Source of the DNA: an uncultured Ectothiorhodospiraceae bacterium
GTDB lineage: Bacteria > Pseudomonadota > Gammaproteobacteria > S012-40
Direction: 5' to 3'
Assembly: GCA_945787125.1 (NCBI GenBank)
Contig: CALZHW010000003.1
Location: forward strand, 4,094 to 68,093
DNA: 64,000 nucleotides
Positions 1 through 9,187 of this stretch are shown here, piece by piece. The stretch's first letter is position 1, and each line of letters opens with the position of its first letter. The notes beneath the pieces are model-generated. The model worked only from the letters and a program-made list of their open reading frames with translations, did no database searches and was not told the origin of the DNA. A program made the translations under genes and the position numbers.

Positions 1-150
1 GGGCTGGGTACATCAACAATCGCTTTGGCGGTTTCTACGGCAAGCAGCTTGTCATCGACCTTGACCTCATCGCCTTGTTTGACATGCCATTCAACAATTT
101 CTGCTTCCTGCAAACCTTCACCTAGGTCAGGTAGTTTAAATATACTCATG
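1..150 (-). CDS. Dihydrolipoamide acyltransferase (E2) of a branched-chain 2-oxoacid dehydrogenase complex. Only the N-terminal lipoyl domain is in the window; the gene continues past the window start.
   Basis: The reverse complement, read from the ATG at 148..150, gives MSIFKLPDLGEGLQEAEIVEWHVKQGDEVKVDDKLLAVETAKAIVDVPSP, a typical lipoyl-attachment domain (lipoyl-Lys in ETAKA). Its start overlaps the E1-beta stop as ATGA. Confidence 0.7.
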
Positions 151-1135
151 AGGCCTCCATTGTCTTTTTTACAGCGGTAATAATGCGGGCGATCGATGGC
201 ATATAATGTTTTTCTAAGCGGAACATCGGCATAACAGTGTCATAACCCGTGACACGTTGAATGGGAGCAAATAGGCTCATTAGACCATGTTCAGCCAATT
301 GTGCGGCAATCTCGGCGCCAACACCACAGGTGCGTACCGCTTCGTGAATGATGACGCAGCGCCCGGTTTTGGCCACCGAGTCGAGTATCGTCGGCATATC
401 CAGTGGTTTGATGGTTGCTACATCAATCACTGCGGCGCTAATGCCTTGTTCACTTAATTGTTCGGCGGCTTGAAGGGTTTCGTGGGTCATCGCCCCCCAG
501 GTCACTAGAGTGACATCCGAACCATCGCGCAATTGATAACAAACATCCAATGGTAAAGGCTGGCCATCGTCGAGCACTTTCTGTTTCACCATACGATAGA
601 TACGTTTGGGTTCCAAAAAAATTACTGGATCGGGATCTTGAATGGCAGCTAACAACAGGCCATAAGCACGCAAGGGTGAGGAAGGTATCACTACACGTAT
701 GCCTGGCATATGCGCGAACAGCGCTTCGGTGCTTTCTGAATGATGTTCTGGCGCATGAATACCGCCACCGAATGGCGCGCGTATCACCAGCGGGCAGGTG
801 AGTCTACCTCGAGTGCGGTTACGCATGCGGCTGGCGTGGCTTATTATTTGATCGACAATGGGATAAATAAAACCCATGAACTGAATTTCACTGACGGGCC
901 GTAGGCCTTGTGTTGCCATGCCGATGGCCATTCCGGCGATGAGTGTTTCTGCTAGCGGGGTGTCCATGACACGTTGCTCGCCAAAGCGCCGTTGCAGTCC
1001 ATCGGTGGCACGGAAGACTCCGCCGTTGAAACCCACATCTTCACCAAGCACCACGACATTTGGGTCCAACTCTAGTGCGCGCGCCAGCGCCACGTTGACG
1101 GCTTCTACCAAAGTGATTTCATATTCCTCAGCCAT
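146..1135 (-). CDS. 2-oxoisovalerate/pyruvate dehydrogenase E1 component, beta subunit (transketolase-like)
   Basis: The tracked ORF 146..1480 shows the E1-beta N-terminal consensus starting at MAEEYEITLVEAVNVALARALELDPNVVVLGEDVG (residue 116 of the ORF). The ATG maps to 1133..1135. The upstream extension is low-complexity repeat read-through. Confidence 0.85.
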   Translation of the reverse strand: MAEEYEITLVEAVNVALARALELDPNVVVLGEDVGFNGGVFRATDGLQRRFGEQRVMDTPLAETLIAGMAIGMATQGLRPVSEIQFMGFIYPIVDQIISHASRMRNRTRGRLTCPLVIRAPFGGGIHAPEHHSESTEALFAHMPGIRVVIPSSPLRAYGLLLAAIQDPDPVIFLEPKRIYRMVKQKVLDDGQPLPLDVCYQLRDGSDVTLVTWGAMTHETLQAAEQLSEQGISAAVIDVATIKPLDMPTILDSVAKTGRCVIIHEAVRTCGVGAEIAAQLAEHGLMSLFAPIQRVTGYDTVMPMFRLEKHYMPSIARIITAVKKTMEAS

Positions 1136-2291
1136 CGTTGCTAACCCCTTTGTTACCAGTACCTTGGTTACTAGCCCCTTTGTTACTAACCCCCTGCTGA
1201 ATGAGTTCCGCACGCTGCGCCTGATAGGCATCCGGCAATGTTTCGTAAAGATAATCAAACATGCTTTCGGGGGGCGCGGGTGGTGTATCGAAATAAGCCT
1301 GTACCGCCTTTTCAACGTCGACGGCACATTCCGCGTGCAGGGCCTGGTCTTTTTTCTCATTCCAGTTGCCGGTCTGCATAAGATAATCATGTAAACGTTT
1401 AATCGGATCGTATTTTTGTTGTTGTTGCACTTCTTCGGTAGCACGATAACGGCTGGCGTCATCGGCTGTGGTATGATCACTCATGCGATAAGTCAATGCT
1501 TCGATGACACTTGGCCCGCCACCATTGCGTGCTCGTTCAATGGCCTCGCTCATGCAATGGCGCATGGCAATCACATCATTGCCGTCAACTTGTTCGCCCT
1601 GCACACCGCCGGCAATCGCTTTTTGTGCTAGGGTTTGCGCAAGTGATTGGTTTTTTCGCGGCACAGAGATTGCCCATTGATTATTGTTAATGACGATCAC
1701 CATCGGCAATTGCCACACGCCGGCAAGATTCAATGCTTCGTAAAAATCCCCTTTAGAGCTACCACCGTCACCCAGTACAGCCACAGCAACGCGAGGCTCA
1801 TTACGCAACTTAAAGGCGGTGGCTACACCAGCAGCGTGTGGCAGGTGCGTGGCAATCGGCACAGAAATAGGTAAGTCTTGCGGTTGCTGGGCATAACTCA
1901 TGCCGCGTTCATCACCACCCCAATAGAGTAAGAGATCGGTCATCGAGACACCACGTTGCAATTGTGCGCCATATTCTCGATAAGTCGGTACCAACACATC
2001 TTCTGCAGACATGGCTTGGCCAATGCCAACTGCGACAGCCTCCTGGCCTAATGAAGAGGCATAGGTACCCATTTTGCCAGTACGCTGCAATGCAATTGCC
2101 TTGCTATCAAAGATGCGAGTTTTTACCATCATACGATAAAGCGTGATTAAAGACCCAGCATCTTGAGCAAAGGTTGGCAGCGCTGATGTAAGTACAGCAT
2201 TATGATCGAGAATCTGTCTGTAGTGAATTTCAAAACGGGCAACACAAACTGTGTTTTCTTCGCTGGAGGATTGATTGTCAGTATCTGTCAT
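1128..2291 (-). CDS. 2-oxoisovalerate/pyruvate dehydrogenase E1 component, alpha subunit (TPP-dependent)
   Basis: 387-aa product carrying the TPP-binding motifs of E1-alpha (GDGG..., YR.SDHTT). Its C-terminal tail GVSNKGASNQGTGNKGVSNDG is encoded by a 15-bp tandem repeat and overlaps the E1-beta start. Confidence 0.85.
   Translation of the reverse strand: MTDTDNQSSSEENTVCVARFEIHYRQILDHNAVLTSALPTFAQDAGSLITLYRMMVKTRIFDSKAIALQRTGKMGTYASSLGQEAVAVGIGQAMSAEDVLVPTYREYGAQLQRGVSMTDLLLYWGGDERGMSYAQQPQDLPISVPIATHLPHAAGVATAFKLRNEPRVAVAVLGDGGSSKGDFYEALNLAGVWQLPMVIVINNNQWAISVPRKNQSLAQTLAQKAIAGGVQGEQVDGNDVIAMRHCMSEAIERARNGGGPSVIEALTYRMSDHTTADDASRYRATEEVQQQQKYDPIKRLHDYLMQTGNWNEKKDQALHAECAVDVEKAVQAYFDTPPAPPESMFDYLYETLPDAYQAQRAELIQQGVSNKGASNQGTGNKGVSNDG
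1143..1196. repeat. Imperfect 15-bp tandem repeat, about 3.5 copies (cccctttgttacyar)
   Basis: Direct reading: aacccctttgttacc / agtaccttggttact / agcccctttgttact / aaccccctg. It lies at the E1-alpha 3' end and the E1-beta 5' end. Confidence 0.7.
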
Positions 2292-2314
2292 TTCATGTGC
2301 CTCGTTGCCGAAGA

Positions 2315-3442
2315 TTAACCCGGCTCTGAACCATACAATATCTCCTCGGCCATGCGATCAACGACCGTGAGGGGAGACGCGTTTTTGTTGTCGGCTTGTT
2401 CAAAGATATTGATCAAGGTGTCATAAATACTAAATACTTTATTGTGCAGTTGAATGGCGTCTTGAATCCACACCTGCATTAAGCCGCCAGCGTTGATGAT
2501 ATAGTCAGGTGCATAGAGAATTCCCCTTTGATGTAAATCCTGTGCATGGGTGACATCAGCTAACGGGTTATTGGTTGCGCCGGCAATAATTGCCACATCA
2601 AGTTGGGGCAGGGTGTTGTCGTTGATCACTGCTCCCAGGGCGCAGGGGGAAAATACATCTGCTTTCACTTTAAAAATATCGGTAGGTGCAACCAAGTCGG
2701 CATTGAATTCAGCAGCGCAACGTTCCATGGCTGCTTGCTTATTATCACACATGGTGAGTTTGGCGCCGAGATAGTGTAGCTCTTTCGCCAGGTGATATCC
2801 AACATGACCAGCGCCTTGAATGGCGACATGAATACCCTCCAACTGGGCACGACCTAATTTATGTTTTACCGCTGCCTGAATACCGCGCCTAATGCCTAAG
2901 GCTGTAATGGGAGAAGGGTCGCCGCGATCGGAGGTGCTTCTGATGAAGTTTGAATAGTGCGCGGCGGCATCCATGTCGGCTGTGTCTGTACCGCTATCAA
3001 CTGATGAAATAAAACGGCCACCCAGTTCATCCACAAAGCGGCCATAGGCCTCAAACAACGCTACGCGGTCTTCAATGTGATTAGGCCGTATGATCACGGA
3101 TTTACCACCACCTAAAGGTAGACCTGCCATTGCTGCTTTATAACTCATAGCATGGGCAAGATTGAGTACATCAATGAGTGCAGCTTCGGTAGACGGATAG
3201 GGCAAACAGCGGCAACCACCTAACGCGGGTCCTAAACGTGTATTGTGAATCGCAACAATGGCATATAGCCCAGTTTTTTTTTCGATCTTGAAATGGATAT
3301 CGCCAAATCCCAAGGATGCAGCATGGTTAAATAGATCAGGACGAACCGAATCTGTTACTTTATTGTTTAGTGCTTTAACGTATTGCATGGGATGCTTCCA
3401 ATATTGGGAAGGGAACACAATATCATTCATTAACAGCACCAA
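2315..3442 (-). CDS. Leucine (Glu/Leu/Phe/Val family) dehydrogenase
   Basis: Glu/Leu/Phe/Val dehydrogenase signatures: GGGK catalytic region (LPLGGGKSVI) and the NAD Rossmann motif GAGHVG. The start may instead be the ATG four codons downstream (MNDIVF). Confidence 0.8.
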   Translation of the reverse strand: MVLLMNDIVFPSQYWKHPMQYVKALNNKVTDSVRPDLFNHAASLGFGDIHFKIEKKTGLYAIVAIHNTRLGPALGGCRCLPYPSTEAALIDVLNLAHAMSYKAAMAGLPLGGGKSVIIRPNHIEDRVALFEAYGRFVDELGGRFISSVDSGTDTADMDAAAHYSNFIRSTSDRGDPSPITALGIRRGIQAAVKHKLGRAQLEGIHVAIQGAGHVGYHLAKELHYLGAKLTMCDNKQAAMERCAAEFNADLVAPTDIFKVKADVFSPCALGAVINDNTLPQLDVAIIAGATNNPLADVTHAQDLHQRGILYAPDYIINAGGLMQVWIQDAIQLHNKVFSIYDTLINIFEQADNKNASPLTVVDRMAEEILYGSEPG

Positions 3443-3607
3443 AGCGCTATTAGTAAACGAAATCGCATTCCAAACCTTAGGGTTAATTACATCCTTCCTC
3501 CTCTTGCTTCAAGTCACAATTTTAGTACAAAAATTTGCTTGTTTCCGGTTGTTTTTTATAATGGTTTTTTGTTACTACTAGTAAGACAGGCTCCTAGCCC
3601 AGATAAT

Positions 3608-5506
3608 TCATAAATCTTTATGAACTTTAGGTAGATAATCCTTTAAGGCACGCTGGATTATGCCCCGATTGAGAGGTGCATACTCACCTTTAAGCGCTTG
3701 TCTACCAATATTGGCCCGCTGCTCATCGTCATTGCTGAGCATTTCTTTTAGTAGCCACTTAATACGTACTTTTGCTGTGCGGAAATACTCGTCCGCCAGC
3801 TCCCAGGCGAAAGCGTGATCGAGTCTTTGGGCATATAGCGCTGTACTGACAATGGTGAACAATTCTTCACTTATGCACTCAATGCGATTTTGTCTTCCCT
3901 GGTCATCACGCATGGCTTCGCGCGATTTCAACATGGCGTAAAAGATGGTACGGGCAAGTATGCGGCTGTTTTTTTCAACATAGCTTAGTTTGTGATGCAC
4001 CTGCGGGTGGCTGAATTCGCTAGTATGCGGAATGTCAGTCATTTTCCAGAGAGATAAATACCATGGCACATAGAATTTTATTAATATAAAAATGCCGCCG
4101 AGTTTGATACCACTATCGATGGTTTCCTTAATACGTTCAAGATGGCTATTCAACCCTTCACGTGCAACAAAGGGACGAAGAACGTCGGTTGCACCTTCAC
4201 CAATGCGATACATAGTGGCATCGCGCACCAATTGTTCCAAACCGAAGGCCGGTTGTCCGCGAAATCTTTTTGAGTCAGCCGTCTCATAACCCATACCGCC
4301 AAAAATAACCTGAGCGTCGTTCAAAAATTGAATGGTTTTTTCTGAACAAAACATCTTGGTGACGGCGGCTTCGATCCGCACGTCGTAGTTTTTCTGGTCC
4401 GCCATATGCCATACCAACTCACAGAGCGCCTCCATGGCAAATAGGTCGGTGGCCATATTGCCGATACGCACACACTGAGTTTGGCGGGTACTGAGAGGTT
4501 GTTTAAACGTGATGCGAGTGTTGGCGCGATCAATGCTGGGTTGCCAGGCCTGTTTCGCCATGCCAAGACAGATAGCAGGGACACTGACAGCACGGCCAAT
4601 GTTCAAGATCGACAAGGCAATCTTGAGACCATAGCCGATTCCACCAACAACGTCTTCCTTGGGAATCAATACATCGGTAAATGTCATATGTGCATTGGCA
4701 ATACCATGACAGCCTTCAAAACGACATTGCTGACGTACTTCAACTCCTGCGGTTTGCATGTCAAGGATAAAAGCAGTATGAACATTATCCTCGGCGCGTT
4801 CACCATTGAGTGCTGCTCGCCAGCGTTTTTTTCCAACGTCACTTATTTTGCATGTCTTACATGCTGGCACGCGGGCAATGAGAGTTATATAGCGCGCAAT
4901 TGGGCCATTGGTGCACCAAAGTTTTTCACCATTAACTATGAAGTGCTCACCCTGTTCATCAAGCACGGCCATCGTTTGCACGTTTGCTGCATCCGAGCCA
5001 GTCTCTGGTTCTGTCAGGGCAAAGGCAGAAATTTCTTTGCGCGCCACTAGCGGCAGATATTTTTGTTTTTGCTGCTCGTTACCATAGAGCAGGATAGGCA
5101 TGGCAATGCCAATTGATTGTGGTACCGCGACGGTCAGTGAAAGAATATTGCTCCAGCTGGCTATGAGTGTTAATACACGGCCATAATTTTTATGAGAAAA
5201 ACCAAGGCCACCGTATTCCTTAGGAATTTTCATGCCAAAAGCGCCAAGTTTGAAAAGTCCCTTTAATACCTGTTCCGGGATTTCACCGCTGCGCTCTATT
5301 TCATCAGCATCAACATGGGCTTTTAAAAATGTCTCAACCTGTTGATAAAATGCTTGCCCTGCCTTTTTTTCAGTAAGGTTTTCTTCAGCGGGCAGCATGA
5401 CACTAAAATCCGGTTTACCAAGAAATAACCCCGACATAAAGCTCAAACCTTTAATGCGCTCGCGAGCTTCTTCAATTCGTTCCAGCCCTTCAAATAACTT
5501 AGACAT
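3608..5506 (-). CDS. Long-form acyl-CoA dehydrogenase (ACAD core plus a ~200-aa C-terminal extension)
   Basis: 632-aa product with ACAD N-terminal, middle and C-terminal signatures (FALTEPETGSDA, YRIGEGATDV). The extra C-terminal domain resembles the Acyl-CoA_dh_C type. Confidence 0.75.
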   Translation of the reverse strand: MSKLFEGLERIEEARERIKGLSFMSGLFLGKPDFSVMLPAEENLTEKKAGQAFYQQVETFLKAHVDADEIERSGEIPEQVLKGLFKLGAFGMKIPKEYGGLGFSHKNYGRVLTLIASWSNILSLTVAVPQSIGIAMPILLYGNEQQKQKYLPLVARKEISAFALTEPETGSDAANVQTMAVLDEQGEHFIVNGEKLWCTNGPIARYITLIARVPACKTCKISDVGKKRWRAALNGERAEDNVHTAFILDMQTAGVEVRQQCRFEGCHGIANAHMTFTDVLIPKEDVVGGIGYGLKIALSILNIGRAVSVPAICLGMAKQAWQPSIDRANTRITFKQPLSTRQTQCVRIGNMATDLFAMEALCELVWHMADQKNYDVRIEAAVTKMFCSEKTIQFLNDAQVIFGGMGYETADSKRFRGQPAFGLEQLVRDATMYRIGEGATDVLRPFVAREGLNSHLERIKETIDSGIKLGGIFILIKFYVPWYLSLWKMTDIPHTSEFSHPQVHHKLSYVEKNSRILARTIFYAMLKSREAMRDDQGRQNRIECISEELFTIVSTALYAQRLDHAFAWELADEYFRTAKVRIKWLLKEMLSNDDEQRANIGRQALKGEYAPLNRGIIQRALKDYLPKVHKDL

Positions 5507-5749
5507 GCAGACCCGTTCCCCGTAACTACTGATTTGAGTGCGAAGATACTCATGGATTTAAGGCGCCAGTGACATTTATCGACTACTTTATTATAACTTT
5601 AGTAATCCCTGTGGAATTGTCAATATTCTAATAACTCACATCTGTAGTACAAAGCATTAGCCAAACGCTTAAGCCTTAATTACATTGACGCTATCGTTTA
5701 ATTCAGCCAATGTATTTCGTGCACGTTCCTAATGTCCGAAACTCGAGAA

Positions 5750-7126
5750 TTAAGCTGGCAAACTAATGCGAAACTCTGTATTTGCATCAGTCGAAGTAAC
5801 AACAATTTTTCCACCATGAGATTCAATAATCGATTTAACGATCGCTAAACCTAATCCCGCGCCTTCACTGCTGCGCTGACGCGATGGATCGATGCGGTAA
5901 AAACGGTCGAAGATTTTTTCAAGGTGGGCGGGCGAGACTAGCGATCCCGGGTTTTGTACAACGATAGTTACGCCTTTTTTATCGCGATTGAGCATTACAT
6001 TTACACAATTATTGGCCGATGTGTGACGAATAGCATTGGAGAGCAGGTTGCTAAGTGCTCGGCGCAACATTAAAGGATCACCTTGTACATGAGCTTGGCC
6101 TTCAAGTATTAACGTCACATGGCTTTCTTCCGCCCAAGCTTCGTAATAATCAAACAGATTACGCACCTCACTTTTTAAGTCAACGTCTTCTATATTGAGC
6201 GAGTTTAATCTATTGTCAGTTTTAGCCAAGAAGAGCATGTCACCAATCATTTGTGCCATACGTTCGTACTCTTCCATGTTGGAATAAAGAATTTCCCGAT
6301 ACTCAGTTGCAGTTCGAGCGTGAGAGAGGGCGACTTGAGTTTGGGTCATTAGGTTAGTAACAGGCGTGCGGAGTTCATGGGCGATGTCAGCAGAGAAATT
6401 TGAAAGTCGATTAAAGGCATCTTCCATACGTTGCAAGAGTGCGTTAAACGACATTGCCAGTGCAGTGAGTTCAGCGGGAACAATGCCGGGGTCGAGGCGG
6501 ATATTTAATTCACTAGCGTTAATTCCGCTGATCTGATCGACCATATGGTGTAATGGCCGATGCCCCTGACGTACGGCAATCCAACTCATTAGCGCCATGA
6601 TTGCAATGCCAACAATAACCATGAGCCAAAGTGTGTGGTGAAAGCTTTCAAGAAACTTTAGGTGAAAATCAATGGCGATGGCAACTACAACAGTGTACGA
6701 GTTATTATCCAGACCGGTGATCTGTTGCACGAATACTCGGTAATTTTGCTCGGCGTGACTCCATGTTTGCAATACCCCCTGATCAAGTTGTATAGATGGC
6801 GGCGTTGGCATTAAAGAAAGATCTGAGCCGGGACTTGCGTAAAAATATTTTCCTGAGGAATCTATAATATGCAGTAATGCACTATGATGCCCGACCAGAA
6901 TATCATTGAAGCGCTGTTCTATACGTACAATATCATCGTTAGACTTTAGCTCGAGCAACGCTTTCTCCACCGCTTGGGTTATCATTTTAAGTTCGTTAAT
7001 ATCACCTGAATCGAAATGACTCTCGATGGATCGCTCAACGATCCATCCGAATGCGAGCAACACAAACATCGCCACGGTGCTAAACCACAGGGTAAGCCGT
7101 AACGTCAGAGAGATAGGGCGTTTCAT
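5750..7126 (-). CDS. Heavy-metal sensor histidine kinase (CusS/CopS family)
   Basis: Two transmembrane segments, a periplasmic sensor, a HAMP domain, the H-box HELRTPVTNL typical of the CusS/CzcS family, and the HATPase motifs. Confidence 0.8.
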   Translation of the reverse strand: MKRPISLTLRLTLWFSTVAMFVLLAFGWIVERSIESHFDSGDINELKMITQAVEKALLELKSNDDIVRIEQRFNDILVGHHSALLHIIDSSGKYFYASPGSDLSLMPTPPSIQLDQGVLQTWSHAEQNYRVFVQQITGLDNNSYTVVVAIAIDFHLKFLESFHHTLWLMVIVGIAIMALMSWIAVRQGHRPLHHMVDQISGINASELNIRLDPGIVPAELTALAMSFNALLQRMEDAFNRLSNFSADIAHELRTPVTNLMTQTQVALSHARTATEYREILYSNMEEYERMAQMIGDMLFLAKTDNRLNSLNIEDVDLKSEVRNLFDYYEAWAEESHVTLILEGQAHVQGDPLMLRRALSNLLSNAIRHTSANNCVNVMLNRDKKGVTIVVQNPGSLVSPAHLEKIFDRFYRIDPSRQRSSEGAGLGLAIVKSIIESHGGKIVVTSTDANTEFRISLPA

Positions 7127-7813
7127 TTATACATCGTTGTCCGGCGTGTCGATCATATAGCCCATACCTCGCACGGTATGAATCAGCTTGAGCGGAAAAT
7201 TGTCGTCAATTTTGCCGCGTAAACGACGAATGGCGACATCAATGACATTTGTGTCACTGTCAAAATTCATGTCCCACACTTGGGAGGCAATAAGGGAGCG
7301 TGGTAATACCTCACCCCGACGGCGAACCAGCAGTTCCAGCAGCGCAAATTCCTTGGCGGTCAAGTGGATGCGACGGCCGCTACGACTGGCGCGGTGCCGC
7401 GCTAAATCTAATTCCAGATCGGCAATACGCAAATTCAACTCGGCAGTGGGCATCGCGCCACGCCGCAACAGGGTGCGCACTCGCGCCAGCAGTTCGGCAA
7501 AAACGAAAGGTTTGACCAGATAATCATCTGCCCCTAGCTCCAACCCTTTTACTCGATCATCCACACTGTCTCGCGCGGTAAGAAAAAGCACAGGCACCTC
7601 TTTACCAGCCTCGCGCAGCGATTTCAAAATACGCCAGCCGTCCACATCAGGTAACATAACATCGAGAATCAGTAGGTCGTAATACTCGGTCATTGCCAGG
7701 TGATGACCGTCAAGTCCGTTGTGCGCGAGATCAACGACAAAACCCGCCTCGCTCAGCCCCTGCTTGAGGTATTCACCCGTTTTAACTTCATCTTCGACAA
7801 TCAATAATTTCAT
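7127..7813 (-). CDS. OmpR-family response regulator (CusR/CopR-like)
   Basis: Receiver domain (DD...D in LILDVMLP, K in LVKPF) plus a winged-helix C-terminus. It is translationally adjacent to the kinase gene. Confidence 0.85.
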   Translation of the reverse strand: MKLLIVEDEVKTGEYLKQGLSEAGFVVDLAHNGLDGHHLAMTEYYDLLILDVMLPDVDGWRILKSLREAGKEVPVLFLTARDSVDDRVKGLELGADDYLVKPFVFAELLARVRTLLRRGAMPTAELNLRIADLELDLARHRASRSGRRIHLTAKEFALLELLVRRRGEVLPRSLIASQVWDMNFDSDTNVIDVAIRRLRGKIDDNFPLKLIHTVRGMGYMIDTPDNDV

Positions 7814-7891
7814 TCTATGCCTGTTGATTTCACATGACTGGTCTTTTTATAACCTTGGATGACAGTTTAACCCTCAGTAGCTGCCATTATG

Positions 7892-7929
7892 ATGACAACC
7901 ACATTACAAAATTGTAACGTAATCGTCAT
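7892..7929. promoter_or_regulatory. Nested palindrome in the divergent promoter region between the response regulator and the metal-cassette genes; candidate response-regulator (cop/cus-box-like) operator
   Basis: atgacaacc-acaTTACAA-aa-TTGTAAcgtaatc-gtcat. The inner element is a perfect 6-bp inverted repeat with a 2-bp spacer, flanked by an outer tgaca/tgtca inverted repeat. Confidence 0.4.
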
Positions 7930-8012
7930 GCTAGCGACAGCGTTCAGTTTTTACTATTGCAGAACGAGAATCGCGAAGATGATCATAAACAGAGGTAAAA
8001 GGTAAAAGGTAA

Positions 8013-8471
8013 TTGATGAATTTTAATAAACATAACATAATGGCCTGGGTATTTATTGGCATATTGGTGCTTGTTTCAGCAGCTCACGCAGCGGGTGAAC
8101 ACAAAGATGCTCATACATCGGGGCATGATAATTCCACTGCCCAAAGCGGAATGTTTTTGCAGAAAATGACGGTTGATGGCTACGATGTTAGCTTTCACAT
8201 CATGAAAGCGAAAGAGGGCAAAGAGATGGGCGGCAGCCATGACCTCATGCTCAAGGTGGAACTCGGCGGTAAGGCGCTCACTGACATCGTTATGAATACC
8301 AAAGTCGTACTCCCCAATGGCAAAGCCGAAAGCAAAAAAGCCATGAAAATGGGTGATTGGCTAATGGCCGGTTATGACCTGGGGCACCCGGGTAAACATC
8401 AGGTGATGATTCTATTTAAAACCGCCGATGGCAAAAAACACAAGGGTGGGGTTTATTACGAAGACAAATGA
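8013..8471 (+). CDS. Secreted His/Met-rich putative metal-binding protein, uncharacterised family (paralog A1)
   Basis: Signal peptide, a His-rich N-terminus (HKDAHTSGHDNS), and a conserved core FHIMKAK...MKMGDWLMAGYDLGH..KHQ.MILFKTADGKKHKGGVYY. It is about 65% identical to ORF 15185..15655. Confidence 0.6.
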   Translation: MMNFNKHNIMAWVFIGILVLVSAAHAAGEHKDAHTSGHDNSTAQSGMFLQKMTVDGYDVSFHIMKAKEGKEMGGSHDLMLKVELGGKALTDIVMNTKVVLPNGKAESKKAMKMGDWLMAGYDLGHPGKHQVMILFKTADGKKHKGGVYYEDK

Positions 8472-8510
8472 TAAGTTGCTGGGGTATTCATCAATGTAAG
8501 AGGCACAATC

Positions 8511-9092
8511 ATGTCAATCATTAACACGCCTAAAGGACATAAGTTTCCCTGGTACGTCAAACTGTTTTTCTGGAATCAGCAGCGCAAGTACGGCGCGATT
8601 CTAGAACCGGCGCGGCTATGGGGGAGGTCACCCAAAGTATTCGCCACGCTGGCCTTGCTCTATGGCGCTTTTGATCGCAACGACTCACCGTTGGAGCCGT
8701 CATTGCGTACTCTGGTAACGGTACGAGTATCTCAGATTAACTGGTGCCCTTTCTGTGTTGACATCAATTCTGCCACGGCGCTGAAGCGGGGAATCACAGC
8801 TGAGAAACTTACCCTTCTTGCCGATTATGCTACCAGCGATCTTTATAGCGACAAAGAAAAAGCGGCACTTGCCTATGCCGAGGCGATAACCGACAGCAAC
8901 CAACAGCCTACCGAAGAACACTTCGCGACGCTACGCCGCTACTTCAACGACAACGCCATTATCGAACTCACTGGTTTAATCTGCTTTCAGAACATGTCGA
9001 GCAAATTTAACGCTGCTTTAGATGTTAAACCACAGGGCTTTTGCGCTATCGCGCCGCAGCCTGTTATGGATAAACAGAATAAAGAGAATTAA
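8511..9092 (+). CDS. Carboxymuconolactone decarboxylase (CMD/AhpD-like) family protein
   Basis: AhpD-like CxxC motif in VSQINWCPFCVDINSATALKRG, and a size of about 190 aa. Confidence 0.7.
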   Translation: MSIINTPKGHKFPWYVKLFFWNQQRKYGAILEPARLWGRSPKVFATLALLYGAFDRNDSPLEPSLRTLVTVRVSQINWCPFCVDINSATALKRGITAEKLTLLADYATSDLYSDKEKAALAYAEAITDSNQQPTEEHFATLRRYFNDNAIIELTGLICFQNMSSKFNAALDVKPQGFCAIAPQPVMDKQNKEN

Positions 9093-9179
9093 ATGTTTGG
9101 AATAATTCCTAATTGGCACCCAATCTTCATGCATTTTGCTGTTGCGCTGTTTTCGCTGGCGGCCGGATTTTTTAAGGAG
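9093..9179 (+). pseudogene. 28-codon stub of a DUF2231-like membrane protein gene (paralog of 15727..16356), cut off by the efflux operon
   Basis: ATG...MFGIIPNWHPIFMHFAVALFSLAAGFFKE*. About 85% identical to the first 26 aa of ORF 15727 (MIEIIPNWHPIFVHFTVALLSLAAGLF). Homology ends where the AAGGAG RBS and TTG start of the next gene begin. Confidence 0.55.
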
Positions 9180-9187
9180 TAATTAAT

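Noticed and set aside
550-1394. Plus-strand ORFs 550..801 and 918..1394 inside the E1-beta/E1-alpha genes. Many other 60-100-aa ORFs antisense to large genes are similar cases (for example 4481..5050, 7188..7523, 12925..13323, 43418..43783).
   Set aside because: They are fully embedded antisense to well-supported conserved genes. Their composition is low-complexity or odd, and they lack RBS context. They are read-through artefacts of the six-frame track.
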